A stretch of 62,714 bases of DNA from Labilithrix sp. (GCA_019637175.1 JAHBWD010000010.1:1-62714), one strand, 5' to 3'. Numbered from the stretch's first letter, positions 18,479-26,828 are shown. A program made the numbers and translations. The notes: generated by a model from the sequence alone, not told the origin.

Positions 18479-18516
18479 AGTCATCCTGGCAGTCATCCCT
18501 GGCAGTCATCCCTGGC
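18479..18516. repeat. three tandem copies of a 13-bp unit CAGTCATCC(C)TGG plus a partial fourth, in the serpin upstream region
   Basis: cagtcatcctgg cagtcatccctgg cagtcatccctgg ccgccaaggcatccctgg. Lies in the divergent intergenic region between the kinase (start 18364) and the serpin (start 18638). Confidence 0.6.
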
Positions 18517-18637
18517 CGCCAAGGCATCCCTGGCCGGGCCGCGGAGAGTGGCACAGCGCCCTGGCACATCGCGCGGACGCGATCGGCGTGAAATCTCGGA
18601 CGGTCCTCGTGGTACGGCCGCTGCAAGACGGCTCGCC

Positions 18638-19948
18638 ATGAACAAGCTTAACCTCGCCTCGCTCGCGGCGGCCTGCTCCGCCGCCTCGCTCGCGGCGGCC
18701 TGCTCCGCCGCCTCACCGGAGCCGCCGAAGGCCGACGTCGAGATCGTGAAGTCTTCGCTCGCCCGCGACACGACGCCCGCCGTCACGCCCGCGGAGCTCG
18801 AGACGTTCGCCGCCGACCAGGCCGACTTCGCGATCGATCTCTACCAGGCCGTGCGCAAGGGCGAGAGCGGCGACGTCTTCCTCTCGCCCCATAGCGTCTC
18901 GACCGCGCTCGCCATGACGTACGCCGGCGCGCGCGGCGCGACGCAGACCGAGATGAAGAAGGCGCTCCGCTTCTCCCTCGACGACGCTCCTCTCCATCGC
19001 TCCTTCGGCTACCTCGATCTCGCGCTCGAGAGCCGCGGCAAGGGAGCCAAGGGCGCCGACGACCAGCCCTTCCGCCTTCGCATCGCCAACTCGATCTGGG
19101 GCCAGAAGGGGACGCCCTTCGAGAGCGCGTTCCTCGACACGCTCGCCGTGAGCTACGGCGCCGGGCTCAACGCCGTCGACTTCAAGACGCAGCCCGAGCC
19201 GTGCCGCCTCGCGATCAACGCGTGGGTCGAAGACAAGACGGAGAATCGCATCAAAGACCTCCTGCCCGAGCGCTCGCTCGACCCCGACACGCGCTTCGTC
19301 ATCGTCAACGCGGTCTACTTCAACGCGTCGTGGGAGAAGCGCTTCTCGAAGGAGGGCACGCGCCCGTCGCCGTTCACGAAGCTCGACGGCTCGAGCGTCG
19401 ACGTCGCGATGATGCACGCGCCGATGATCCAGCGCCCCTACCTCCGCGGCGACGGCTTCGAAGCGGTCGAGATGCCCTACGACGGCGGCGAGACGTCGCT
19501 CCTCGTCATCGCGCCCGACAAGGGCACGTTCGCGACCTTCGAGTCGACGCTCACGGGCGGCAAGGTGCTCGACGTCCTCGCGGGGCTGAAGAGCCAGCCG
19601 GTGCAGCTCGCGCTCCCCAAGGCCAAGCTCGAGGTGTCGTTCGCCCTCAACGGCCCGCTCGAGAGCATGGGGATGAAGCGCGCGTTCGAACCTGGCGCCG
19701 CCGACTTCACCGGCATCAGCCGCGGCGAGAGCCTCAGCATCAAGGCGGTGCTCCACAAGACCTTCCTCGCCATCGACGAGAAGGGCACCGAGGCCGCGGC
19801 GGCGACCGCCGTGATCGGCGGGACGACGTCGGCGCCCGTCGACCAGCCGATCGTCGTCAACGTCGACCGGCCGTACCTCATCGCCATCGTCGACCGTCAA
19901 ACGAAGACGCTCCTCTTCGTCGGAAGGATCCTCGAGCCGAAGAGCTGA
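18638..19948 (+). CDS. serpin (serine protease inhibitor family) with lipoprotein-type signal
   Basis: ATG at 18638 (MNKLNLASLAAAC...). Serpin hallmarks NAVYFNASWEKRF, reactive-centre-loop region TEAAAATAVIGG, and C-terminal VNVDRPYLIAIVDRQTKTLLFVGRI (serpin signature F.VDRPF-like). The ORF track begins at 18368 but the upstream part is non-protein-like. Confidence 0.85.
   Translation: MNKLNLASLAAACSAASLAAACSAASPEPPKADVEIVKSSLARDTTPAVTPAELETFAADQADFAIDLYQAVRKGESGDVFLSPHSVSTALAMTYAGARGATQTEMKKALRFSLDDAPLHRSFGYLDLALESRGKGAKGADDQPFRLRIANSIWGQKGTPFESAFLDTLAVSYGAGLNAVDFKTQPEPCRLAINAWVEDKTENRIKDLLPERSLDPDTRFVIVNAVYFNASWEKRFSKEGTRPSPFTKLDGSSVDVAMMHAPMIQRPYLRGDGFEAVEMPYDGGETSLLVIAPDKGTFATFESTLTGGKVLDVLAGLKSQPVQLALPKAKLEVSFALNGPLESMGMKRAFEPGAADFTGISRGESLSIKAVLHKTFLAIDEKGTEAAAATAVIGGTTSAPVDQPIVVNVDRPYLIAIVDRQTKTLLFVGRILEPKS
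18656..18709 (+). repeat. perfect 27-bp tandem duplication inside the serpin signal peptide (duplicates lipobox ASLAAACSA)
   Basis: cgcctcgctcgcggcggcctgctccgc occurs twice back to back. A 12-nt partial third copy cgcctcaccgga follows. In frame. Confidence 0.7.
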
Positions 19949-19987
19949 TCCGTCCGCCGCCGCCGATCGCGTGGTAGAACTTCGCCC

Positions 19988-22900
19988 GTGCTGAAGGGCT
20001 CGTTTCTCCTCGCGTGGGCGGCGGCGTTGGCCGCGGCGCTCGTGCCGGCTTGTGCGATCGACACCGCGCCCGACGGCGCGAAGAGAACGCCGCCGGGCGA
20101 AGGCCCCGAGATCGTCTTCGACACGGCGCACCGGCCGCTCCCCGACATCCCGCAACCGAACGACGTCGCCACGTTCGCCGACCCTACGAGCCGCACGGGC
20201 CGGCGGATCAGCGTCAGCCTCGAGGCGCCGACGCGCCTCGAGCGCGTCGCCCGCGCCGGGTTCAACACGCTCGAAGGCTGGGGCACGTTCGCGCCGATCA
20301 GCGTCGCGTTCAAGCCGGGCAAGGCGGCCGAGCGCCTCCGCGAGCGCGGCGAGGCCGATCCGAACGCCACCGCGATCGACCTCCTCGACGTTGCGGCGCG
20401 CACGGCCGACTACGATCCTGCCGACGATCCCTTCTACCTCGTCGATCTGAAGACCGGCATCCCCGTCGCGCTCGACATGGGCAAGGGGAACTTCCCCCTC
20501 GCGCTCGTCGACCGCGACAGGTACTGGCTCAACGATCCGCGCGCGACCGAAGACACGCTGCTCTTCGAGACGGCGGAGGAGGCGCCGGGCGCGCCGCCCG
20601 GATTCTATCGCGCCGATCTCGACACCGACTTCGACGGCGTGCTCGATCATCCGAACGTGCTCCGCCGGGCCGGCCGGAGCGCGCGCATCGAGGAGGTGCT
20701 CTCGTGGTACGAGCGCGAGAGCGACACGCTGATCTTGCGCCCGCTCGTCCCGCTCGAGGAGATGCGCGAGTACGCGGTCGTGCTCACCGATCGCCTGCGC
20801 GGCCTCGACGGCCAGCCGGTGCGCTCGCCGTTCGAGAGCATCCACCACGCGCAGCAGCGCGCGGGCGCCGAACGCGTGCGCGCGATCCTGTCCGACCCGG
20901 AGAAGCGCGCCTACTACGGTGACGTCGCCGGCAGCGGGCTCGATCACGTGGCGTTCGTGTGGACGTTCACGACGCAGCCCGTCTACGACGACATGCGCAT
21001 CCTGCGCGACGGGCTCCACGGCAAGGGTCCGTTCCAGCGCCTCGCGAGCGAGTTTCCTCCGGTCGCCACCGCGTTCAAGGCCGTCGGCATCGCCGCCGAT
21101 CCCGCCGATGAGGAGCCGGGGCAGATCGACGCGAACCCGAAGTGCGCACCGCACAAGAAGACGCCGTACATCGTGAAGGCGTCCGAGGCGAAGGAGACGT
21201 TCAGCCAGCTCCTCCAGCCCGCCCTCGGCCTCAGCGCGGCAGAAGCGCGCCGCCTCGAAGAGAGCCTCGACAACGTCGATCACTTCGTCATCGGCAGCTT
21301 CGATTCGCCGTTCTTCCTCGGCGATCCGAACGCCGAGAGCCCCGACGGCAAGTTCGAGCTCGACTATCGCACCGGCGCCGGGCGCATCGTTCGCGACGCC
21401 GTTCAGTTCTGGATCAGCGTCCCGAAGGCGCGCGGAACGGCGAAGCAGCCGTTCGCGACGACGGTGTGGGCCCACGGCACGTCGCTGCACGCCGACGAGA
21501 TCATCATCCGCGCGGGATACTTCGCGAAGCACGGCCTCGCGATGATGGGCATCAACATGCCAGGCCACGGTCTCTACCTCGACCGCGGGCTCGAGTCGGT
21601 CGCCGAGGCGTTCCTCGGGCAGGCCTGCCTCAAGCCTTGGGTGAAGGCGCTGAGCACCGGGCGGCATCGCGACCTCAACGGCGACGGCGAGCCCGACTCG
21701 GGCGGCCTCTTGTGGACCGCGCACGTCTTCCACTCGCGCGACAACATCCGCCAGTCGGTGGTCGACGAGATGCAGGCGACGCGCGTGCTCCGCGCGTTCG
21801 ACGGCGTGCGCCGCGATCAAGACTTCAACGGCGACGGCATCCTCGATCTCGCGGGCGACTTCGACGCCGACGGCGTCCCCGATCTCGGAGGGCCCGCGGT
21901 CTCGATCACGACGTCGGGCAACTCGTTCGGCGGCGTCCTCGCGATGATCCACGGAGCGGTCGACCCGAACGTCACCGCGGCCGCGCCGATCTCGGGCGGC
22001 GGCGGCCTCACCGACGTGGCCACGCGCTCCTCGCTCGTCCCCGACTCGGTGCTCCAGCAGGTGTTCAGCCCGCTCATCGTCGCGCTCCCGGCGAGCGCGG
22101 TGCCGATGAAGAACGACCTGTCGCAGACGCAATGCACCGGCGACCAGCGGTCGGTGCGCTTCGTCGTCAACGATCTGATCGTGTCGCGTGAGGTCGAGAT
22201 CGCGTGCCTCACGCCCGCCGAGCTCGATCGCAACAAGACCGTCGTCCTCGAGAACGGGCGCAACGGCGAGCGCCGCTGCGCGCGCGTCGCCCCCGACGGG
22301 CGCTTCCGCGTGCCGATCCCCGCCGACGTCGGCGACCGCCTCGACATCCAGATCTACGACGCGCCCGACGCGGTCGTTTCGTACAAGGGCTGCGTTCCGC
22401 TCCCCGGCGCGCCAGCGGGCCGGCGGATCCGCACGTTCGAGCAGCCCGCGGCGCAGCAAGGCAACGTGGGCGACGCGTCGCGCACCTGCGAGGCGGCGAT
22501 CGCGAGGTCGAACGTCTCCGAAGAAGACGCGCGCCGCGGCTGCGCGCAGTATCGCGACGTCTTCTACCCCGTCGGCTCGCCGCTCGTCGCTCCGCAAGAG
22601 GGGCTCGGGCTGACGCGCCAGTCACCGGACGTCCGCAAGCTCTTCGCGCTGGTGCAGGCCGGCCTCGACGCGGGCGACCCGATCAACTTCGCTCCTTACT
22701 ATGGCCTCCGCGCCGCGCCCGGCGTCGACGGCGCTCCCCTGCCCCCGCGCGCGGTCGTCGCGTGGAACACGACCGGCGATCCGATGGTGCCCGCGGGCAC
22801 CGGCTACGCGTTCGCCCGCGCGGCCGGCGGCGTTCCCTTCCTTCCGCCGTCGTTCGCCGCGACGCATCCGGAGTGGGCCGAGTACGCGACGCCGCTCGCG

Positions 22901-23467
22901 CTCTACGGCGCGCTGGGGAACAAGACGCCGAACCAGGTGCTCATCGACAGTCACACGCTCGAGGGCATCGCGCGCATGGAGCGCACGCGCGCGGGCGATC
23001 AATGCAAACCGAACTACGTGACGAGCGCGACGTGCGCGAGCCCGCCCTCGGCGAGCGATTGCTCGCGCGCCCTCTTCGACGCCGATTGGCTCGCGGAGGG
23101 CGCGAACGCGTGGGACTCGCCTCGACCGACGATGCCCCTCCGGCTCGCGCGCCTCTCCGCCGAGCGCGTGAGCGATCCGAGCACGCTGAACAAGGCGTGG
23201 GCGCCGCGCCTCGTCGGCGTGCCGTTCGCCCCCGACTCGCAGGGCGCCAGCGTCGGCGCGCCGCTCGTCGGTGTGCTCGGCGCGTACATCCAGCCCGGCG
23301 GTCAGCACGTCTTCATCAACGGCGATCCGTGCAAGGCGTTCGACGACGTCGTCTATCACGATCACCTGCTCGCGCGCTTCCTCGCGACGCACGGGACGGA
23401 TCTGTACGTCCTCAGCCACCCGAGCACGCACCGCTGCCTCGAGCGCGAGCGCTGTCCGTTCTTCTGA
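19988..23467 (+). CDS. large secreted lipoprotein, paralog 2 (alpha/beta-hydrolase-like with TSP3-type Ca-binding repeats)
   Basis: GTG start, lipobox ALVPAC. VWAHGTSLHADE (HG), GNSFGG (GxSxG), DLNGDGEPDSG and DFNGDGILDLAGDFDADGVPD. Collinear with ORF 10419..13919. Starts 40 nt after the serpin stop. The antisense 1294-aa ORF was rejected. Confidence 0.85.
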   Translation: MLKGSFLLAWAAALAAALVPACAIDTAPDGAKRTPPGEGPEIVFDTAHRPLPDIPQPNDVATFADPTSRTGRRISVSLEAPTRLERVARAGFNTLEGWGTFAPISVAFKPGKAAERLRERGEADPNATAIDLLDVAARTADYDPADDPFYLVDLKTGIPVALDMGKGNFPLALVDRDRYWLNDPRATEDTLLFETAEEAPGAPPGFYRADLDTDFDGVLDHPNVLRRAGRSARIEEVLSWYERESDTLILRPLVPLEEMREYAVVLTDRLRGLDGQPVRSPFESIHHAQQRAGAERVRAILSDPEKRAYYGDVAGSGLDHVAFVWTFTTQPVYDDMRILRDGLHGKGPFQRLASEFPPVATAFKAVGIAADPADEEPGQIDANPKCAPHKKTPYIVKASEAKETFSQLLQPALGLSAAEARRLEESLDNVDHFVIGSFDSPFFLGDPNAESPDGKFELDYRTGAGRIVRDAVQFWISVPKARGTAKQPFATTVWAHGTSLHADEIIIRAGYFAKHGLAMMGINMPGHGLYLDRGLESVAEAFLGQACLKPWVKALSTGRHRDLNGDGEPDSGGLLWTAHVFHSRDNIRQSVVDEMQATRVLRAFDGVRRDQDFNGDGILDLAGDFDADGVPDLGGPAVSITTSGNSFGGVLAMIHGAVDPNVTAAAPISGGGGLTDVATRSSLVPDSVLQQVFSPLIVALPASAVPMKNDLSQTQCTGDQRSVRFVVNDLIVSREVEIACLTPAELDRNKTVVLENGRNGERRCARVAPDGRFRVPIPADVGDRLDIQIYDAPDAVVSYKGCVPLPGAPAGRRIRTFEQPAAQQGNVGDASRTCEAAIARSNVSEEDARRGCAQYRDVFYPVGSPLVAPQEGLGLTRQSPDVRKLFALVQAGLDAGDPINFAPYYGLRAAPGVDGAPLPPRAVVAWNTTGDPMVPAGTGYAFARAAGGVPFLPPSFAATHPEWAEYATPLALYGALGNKTPNQVLIDSHTLEGIARMERTRAGDQCKPNYVTSATCASPPSASDCSRALFDADWLAEGANAWDSPRPTMPLRLARLSAERVSDPSTLNKAWAPRLVGVPFAPDSQGASVGAPLVGVLGAYIQPGGQHVFINGDPCKAFDDVVYHDHLLARFLATHGTDLYVLSHPSTHRCLERERCPFF

Positions 23468-23470
23468 GCG

Positions 23471-24397
23471 ATGCGCGCGCGTAGACTCCTCGCCGAGCTG
23501 CGCGGCACGGCGCCTCCGCCGTCGGGGTCCAGAGCGCTCGCCGAGCTCTGCGCGAGGGAGATCGCCGGCGACCTCCTCAGCCCCGAGATCCTCGGCGAGG
23601 AGCTCGCGCGCGGCGCGCGCGTCGTCGAGATCGCGCGCGGCAGCGGCGCCGAGTGGCGAGAGATGCCGGCGGCCGACGTCGTGTGGATCGGCCGCGACGT
23701 CTACGCCTCCATCCCCGGCGCCGTCGCGCGCGTGGAGCTCCTCGAGGCCGCGCGACGCGCCGCGCGGCGCGCGGTCGTGGTGCACGTGCCCGTCGGCGAC
23801 GAGGGCAGCCACGCCGGGCGCGTCGTCGTCGACGCGCCGCGCAGGATCTTGAGGGCGCTCGGCCTGCGCGTCGCCGAGCCCGGCGATCGTTTCGGCGTCG
23901 AGCACGGCGGCTTCAGCCACTGCTTCTTCGACGAAGAAGAGCTACGGAGAGAGGCGCGCCGCGCGGGGCTCGCGATCGTGCGCCGTCGTGCCTACCTGTT
24001 CGTGCTCCGCGAGATCGACGAGATCGAGGAGCGCGCCGACGCGTTCGGCGTCGAGATGGTGCGCGCGCTCACCGAGGTACGCGACGCCGAGCGCGCGCGG
24101 ACGCGCGAGACGCCGGAGCGCGCGCTCGCGGCGATGCGCGCGCGCGGCGCCGAGGCCAAGCAGCGCGGCCCGATCGGGCGCGCGCGGCTCCAGCGCGCGA
24201 TCGGGTGGATCGACGCGCTCTCCCGCGCCGTGGGCCGGCGGCCGAGCTGCTACCGGCGCACGCTGCTCGAGCTCGCGCTCGACGCCGGCGCCGCGCGCGA
24301 GCCGGTGGTCTTCGGTCTCGACGTCGAGAGCACCGGCCATATCGCGTTCAAAGACCGCGAAGAGCGCTCGTTCGACGTGACCTTCGAAGTTCGCTGA
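23471..24397 (+). CDS. fusion protein: N-terminal methyltransferase-like region + C-terminal transglutaminase-like (papain-fold, lasso-B2-type) domain
   Basis: Starts 4 nt after the paralog-2 stop. C-terminal ...GRRPSCYRRTLLELALDAGAAREPVVFGLDVESTGHIAF matches the C..RSL..L...G....GV......HAWVE pattern of PF13471-type peptidases. Middle FDEEELRREARRAGLAIV resembles the ends of class I SAM methyltransferases. Both assignments are from memory. Confidence 0.6.
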   Translation: MRARRLLAELRGTAPPPSGSRALAELCAREIAGDLLSPEILGEELARGARVVEIARGSGAEWREMPAADVVWIGRDVYASIPGAVARVELLEAARRAARRAVVVHVPVGDEGSHAGRVVVDAPRRILRALGLRVAEPGDRFGVEHGGFSHCFFDEEELRREARRAGLAIVRRRAYLFVLREIDEIEERADAFGVEMVRALTEVRDAERARTRETPERALAAMRARGAEAKQRGPIGRARLQRAIGWIDALSRAVGRRPSCYRRTLLELALDAGAAREPVVFGLDVESTGHIAFKDREERSFDVTFEVR

Positions 24398-24463
24398 CGG
24401 CGCGGCCCGCGGACATGAAGAGCGCTTGACGTTGGCCTCGTTTCGGTCGAGAACGTTTGGAAA

Positions 24464-24976
24464 ATGCGCTACTTCGTGAACCTCGATCCAGCGCCGGGCG
24501 CTCCGCCGATCGTGGTCGATCTCACGGAGCTGCCGTCGGGCGAGCTCGACGTGCGCGTCGACGGCAAGCGCGTCGCCGTCGACGTCGTCGCGCTCAACGG
24601 CACGCTCTCGGTCCGCATCGACGGCCAGATGGTCGACCTGACGACCGAGGGCTCGGCGCCCGAGCTCGGCACGGTGGCCAGCGGCCACCGCGCGTACGTG
24701 CGCGTCGAGAGCGAGCGCGAGCGCGCCGCCGCGGCCGCGCGCAAGGCGGGCGCGACGAGCGGAGGCGACTCCGTGCGCTCGCCGATGCCCGGGCGCGTGG
24801 TGCGCCTGCTCGTCGGCCCGAAGCAGAAGGTCGTGAAGGGCGAGACCCTCTGCGTCATCGAGGCGATGAAGATGGAGAACGAAATCAAGGCGAAGGGCCC
24901 CGCCACGATCGCCGAGGTGCACGTCACCGAAGGCGCCGCGGTCGACGCCAACGCCAAGCTCTTCACGCTCGCATGA
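24464..24976 (+). CDS. biotin/lipoyl-attachment domain protein (BCCP-like carrier)
   Basis: C-terminal ...ETLCVIEAMKMENEIKA, the A-M-K-M biotinyl-lysine motif. Gly/Ala/Pro-rich linker. No carboxylase partner adjacent. Confidence 0.75.
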   Translation: MRYFVNLDPAPGAPPIVVDLTELPSGELDVRVDGKRVAVDVVALNGTLSVRIDGQMVDLTTEGSAPELGTVASGHRAYVRVESERERAAAAARKAGATSGGDSVRSPMPGRVVRLLVGPKQKVVKGETLCVIEAMKMENEIKAKGPATIAEVHVTEGAAVDANAKLFTLA

Positions 24977-26034
24977 GGCCGCCGCGCGTCCACCTCGTCC
25001 ACGGGCCGACGCCGATCATGCACCTGCCGGTGCTCGATCAGCTCATCGGCGCCGAGGTCTGGGTGAAGCGCGACGACGCGACGGCGGGCGCCGAGTCGGG
25101 CAACAAGATCCGCAAGCTCGAGTTCCTCCTCGCCGACGCGATGGCGCGCGAGGCGCGGATGGTCGTCACGTGCGGCGGCCTCCAATCGAACCACGCGCGC
25201 GCGACCGCGCTCGCGTGCGCGCGCCTCGGCATGCGCTCGACGCTCTTGCTCCGCGTGCCCGATCCGGCGCGCGCGCGCGCCGCTCCGCTCGAGCTCGCGG
25301 GCAACGTGCTGCTCGATCGCCTCGCCGGCGCCGAGATCGTCTTCATATCGCCCGACGAGTACCGCGAGCGCGGCGCGATGCTCGAGCAGGCGCGCGCCGA
25401 CGCGGAGTACCGCGGCCTGCCTGCGTACGTCGTCCCCGAAGGCGGCTCGAACGGCCTGGGCTCGCTTGGCTACGTCGAGGCGATGCGCGAGGTCCGCCAG
25501 CAGCTGGATCTCGGCCTCGCCGCCGGGCCGCGCTTCGACGTCGTCGCCCACGCGTGCGGATCGGGAGGCACCGCCGCGGGCGTGGGCCTCGGGGCGGCGC
25601 GCTACGACGTCGCGCGCGAGGCGTGGGCCTTCGCCGTGTGCGACGACAGCGCCTACTTCAAGAAGACGATCGCGCGCATCGCGATCGAAGCACGCGGTCA
25701 CGATCCCTCGCTGCCGGAGGTCGCGTTCGTCGAGCCCGGCAGCGGCGAGAGCGTCGCGCCCGATCGCGCCGCGCGGATCATCGTCGACGATCGCGCCAAG
25801 GGCCCGGCGTACGCCGTCATGAGCGACGAGCAGAAGCGCTTCCTCGTGCGCGTCGCGCGCGCGACCGGCCTCGTGCTCGATCCGGTCTACACCGGCAAGG
25901 CGCTCTTCGGCGTCGCGCAGGCCGTCGCGCGCGGCGAGATCCGAGCGGGCGCGCGCGTCCTCTTCCTCCACACGGGCGGCCTCCCGGGTCTGCTCGCGCA
26001 AGGCGACGAGCTGCGCGCGCTTCTGGATCGCTGA
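24973..26034 (+). CDS. PLP-dependent enzyme, ACC deaminase / D-cysteine desulfhydrase family (fold type II)
   Basis: ATGA overlap with the preceding gene. Motifs TPIMHLPVL, KRDD...GNKIRKLEFLLADA (PLP-lysine region), GGLQSNHARATA, GGSNGLG and HTGG, typical of the family. Confidence 0.8.
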   Translation: MRPPRVHLVHGPTPIMHLPVLDQLIGAEVWVKRDDATAGAESGNKIRKLEFLLADAMAREARMVVTCGGLQSNHARATALACARLGMRSTLLLRVPDPARARAAPLELAGNVLLDRLAGAEIVFISPDEYRERGAMLEQARADAEYRGLPAYVVPEGGSNGLGSLGYVEAMREVRQQLDLGLAAGPRFDVVAHACGSGGTAAGVGLGAARYDVAREAWAFAVCDDSAYFKKTIARIAIEARGHDPSLPEVAFVEPGSGESVAPDRAARIIVDDRAKGPAYAVMSDEQKRFLVRVARATGLVLDPVYTGKALFGVAQAVARGEIRAGARVLFLHTGGLPGLLAQGDELRALLDR

Positions 26035-26828
26035 TGGGCGAGAAGGCGGAGAAGTCGCTCTCGTCCGCCGAGTCGCGCGCCGCCGCGAAGGATGCGCAGC
26101 GCGTCGCCTTCTGGGGTCTCGCGCTCTTCGGCGGGGCGCGCCTGCTCGGCGTCGTGCTCGACGCGCTGCCACTGCCGTCCGCGGTCGCGCAGGCCGTCGC
26201 CGCGGAGTGGGGCGCCGGCAGGCTCGGCGTCGCGTGGAGCGATCCGAAGGAGAAGGCGCCGACGTCGCGCGAGATGGCCAAGCGCGCCGGCCTCGGCGCC
26301 GCGGTCGGCCTCGTCGCCACCGGCATGGTCGTCGCGTTCCTCGCGAGCACCCGCGCGATCGTGCTCCATCGCGTGACGCTCGCGGTCGAGCCGTTCGCGG
26401 TCGCGCTCCTCACCGCGGGCCTCTACGCGATGCGCGACGAGCTCTTGCTGCACGGCATCGCGATGCGCGCGCTCGTGAGCCTCGACGTGCCGTGGCTCAA
26501 GGCGCTCGCCTGCGGCGTCACCTCCGCGGCCGCCGCCTCCGGCGAGCCGGCCGCCGCGCCGCGCGCGGTCGTCGTCACGGGCCTCCTCGGGATCGTCTTC
26601 GGCGCGCTCTGGGTGCGCGACCGCGGCGCGTGGGCGGCGTGGGGCGCGCACACGGCCTGGCTCTTCGGCACCGGCGCCCTCATGCAAGGCGGGGCGTTCG
26701 ACGCGCACGTCGCGATGAACGCCTGGGGCGGCGGAAATGCGGGCCCGCTCGGCGGCGACGCCGCGATCGTGGCCCTCCTGCCCCTCGCCGTGGGCGCCAT
26801 CGCGGGCACGCTGCGCGCGAAGCGCTGA
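26034..26828 (+). CDS. CPBP-family (CAAX protease / Abi-like) intramembrane metalloprotease
   Basis: TGATG overlap with the PLP enzyme. Polytopic membrane protein. DELLLHGIAMRAL, an EExxxR/FxxxH-like motif pair. Later HTAWLFGTG (HxxxN/H motif). Confidence 0.6.
   Translation: MGEKAEKSLSSAESRAAAKDAQRVAFWGLALFGGARLLGVVLDALPLPSAVAQAVAAEWGAGRLGVAWSDPKEKAPTSREMAKRAGLGAAVGLVATGMVVAFLASTRAIVLHRVTLAVEPFAVALLTAGLYAMRDELLLHGIAMRALVSLDVPWLKALACGVTSAAAASGEPAAAPRAVVVTGLLGIVFGALWVRDRGAWAAWGAHTAWLFGTGALMQGGAFDAHVAMNAWGGGNAGPLGGDAAIVALLPLAVGAIAGTLRAKR

Noticed and set aside
18713-22597. 1294-aa minus-strand ORF antisense to the serpin and paralog-2 lipoprotein
   Set aside because: Arg/Asp/Glu/Ala-rich junk-like translation. 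The opposite strand encodes an unmistakable serpin signature and a paralog-conserved lipoprotein.
23471-26828. Possibility that the transglutaminase-like gene marks a lasso-peptide biosynthetic cluster
   Set aside because: No precursor peptide, RRE/B1, asparagine-synthetase-like cyclase or dedicated exporter is visible in the flanking 10 kb. Retained only as an orphan-domain finding.
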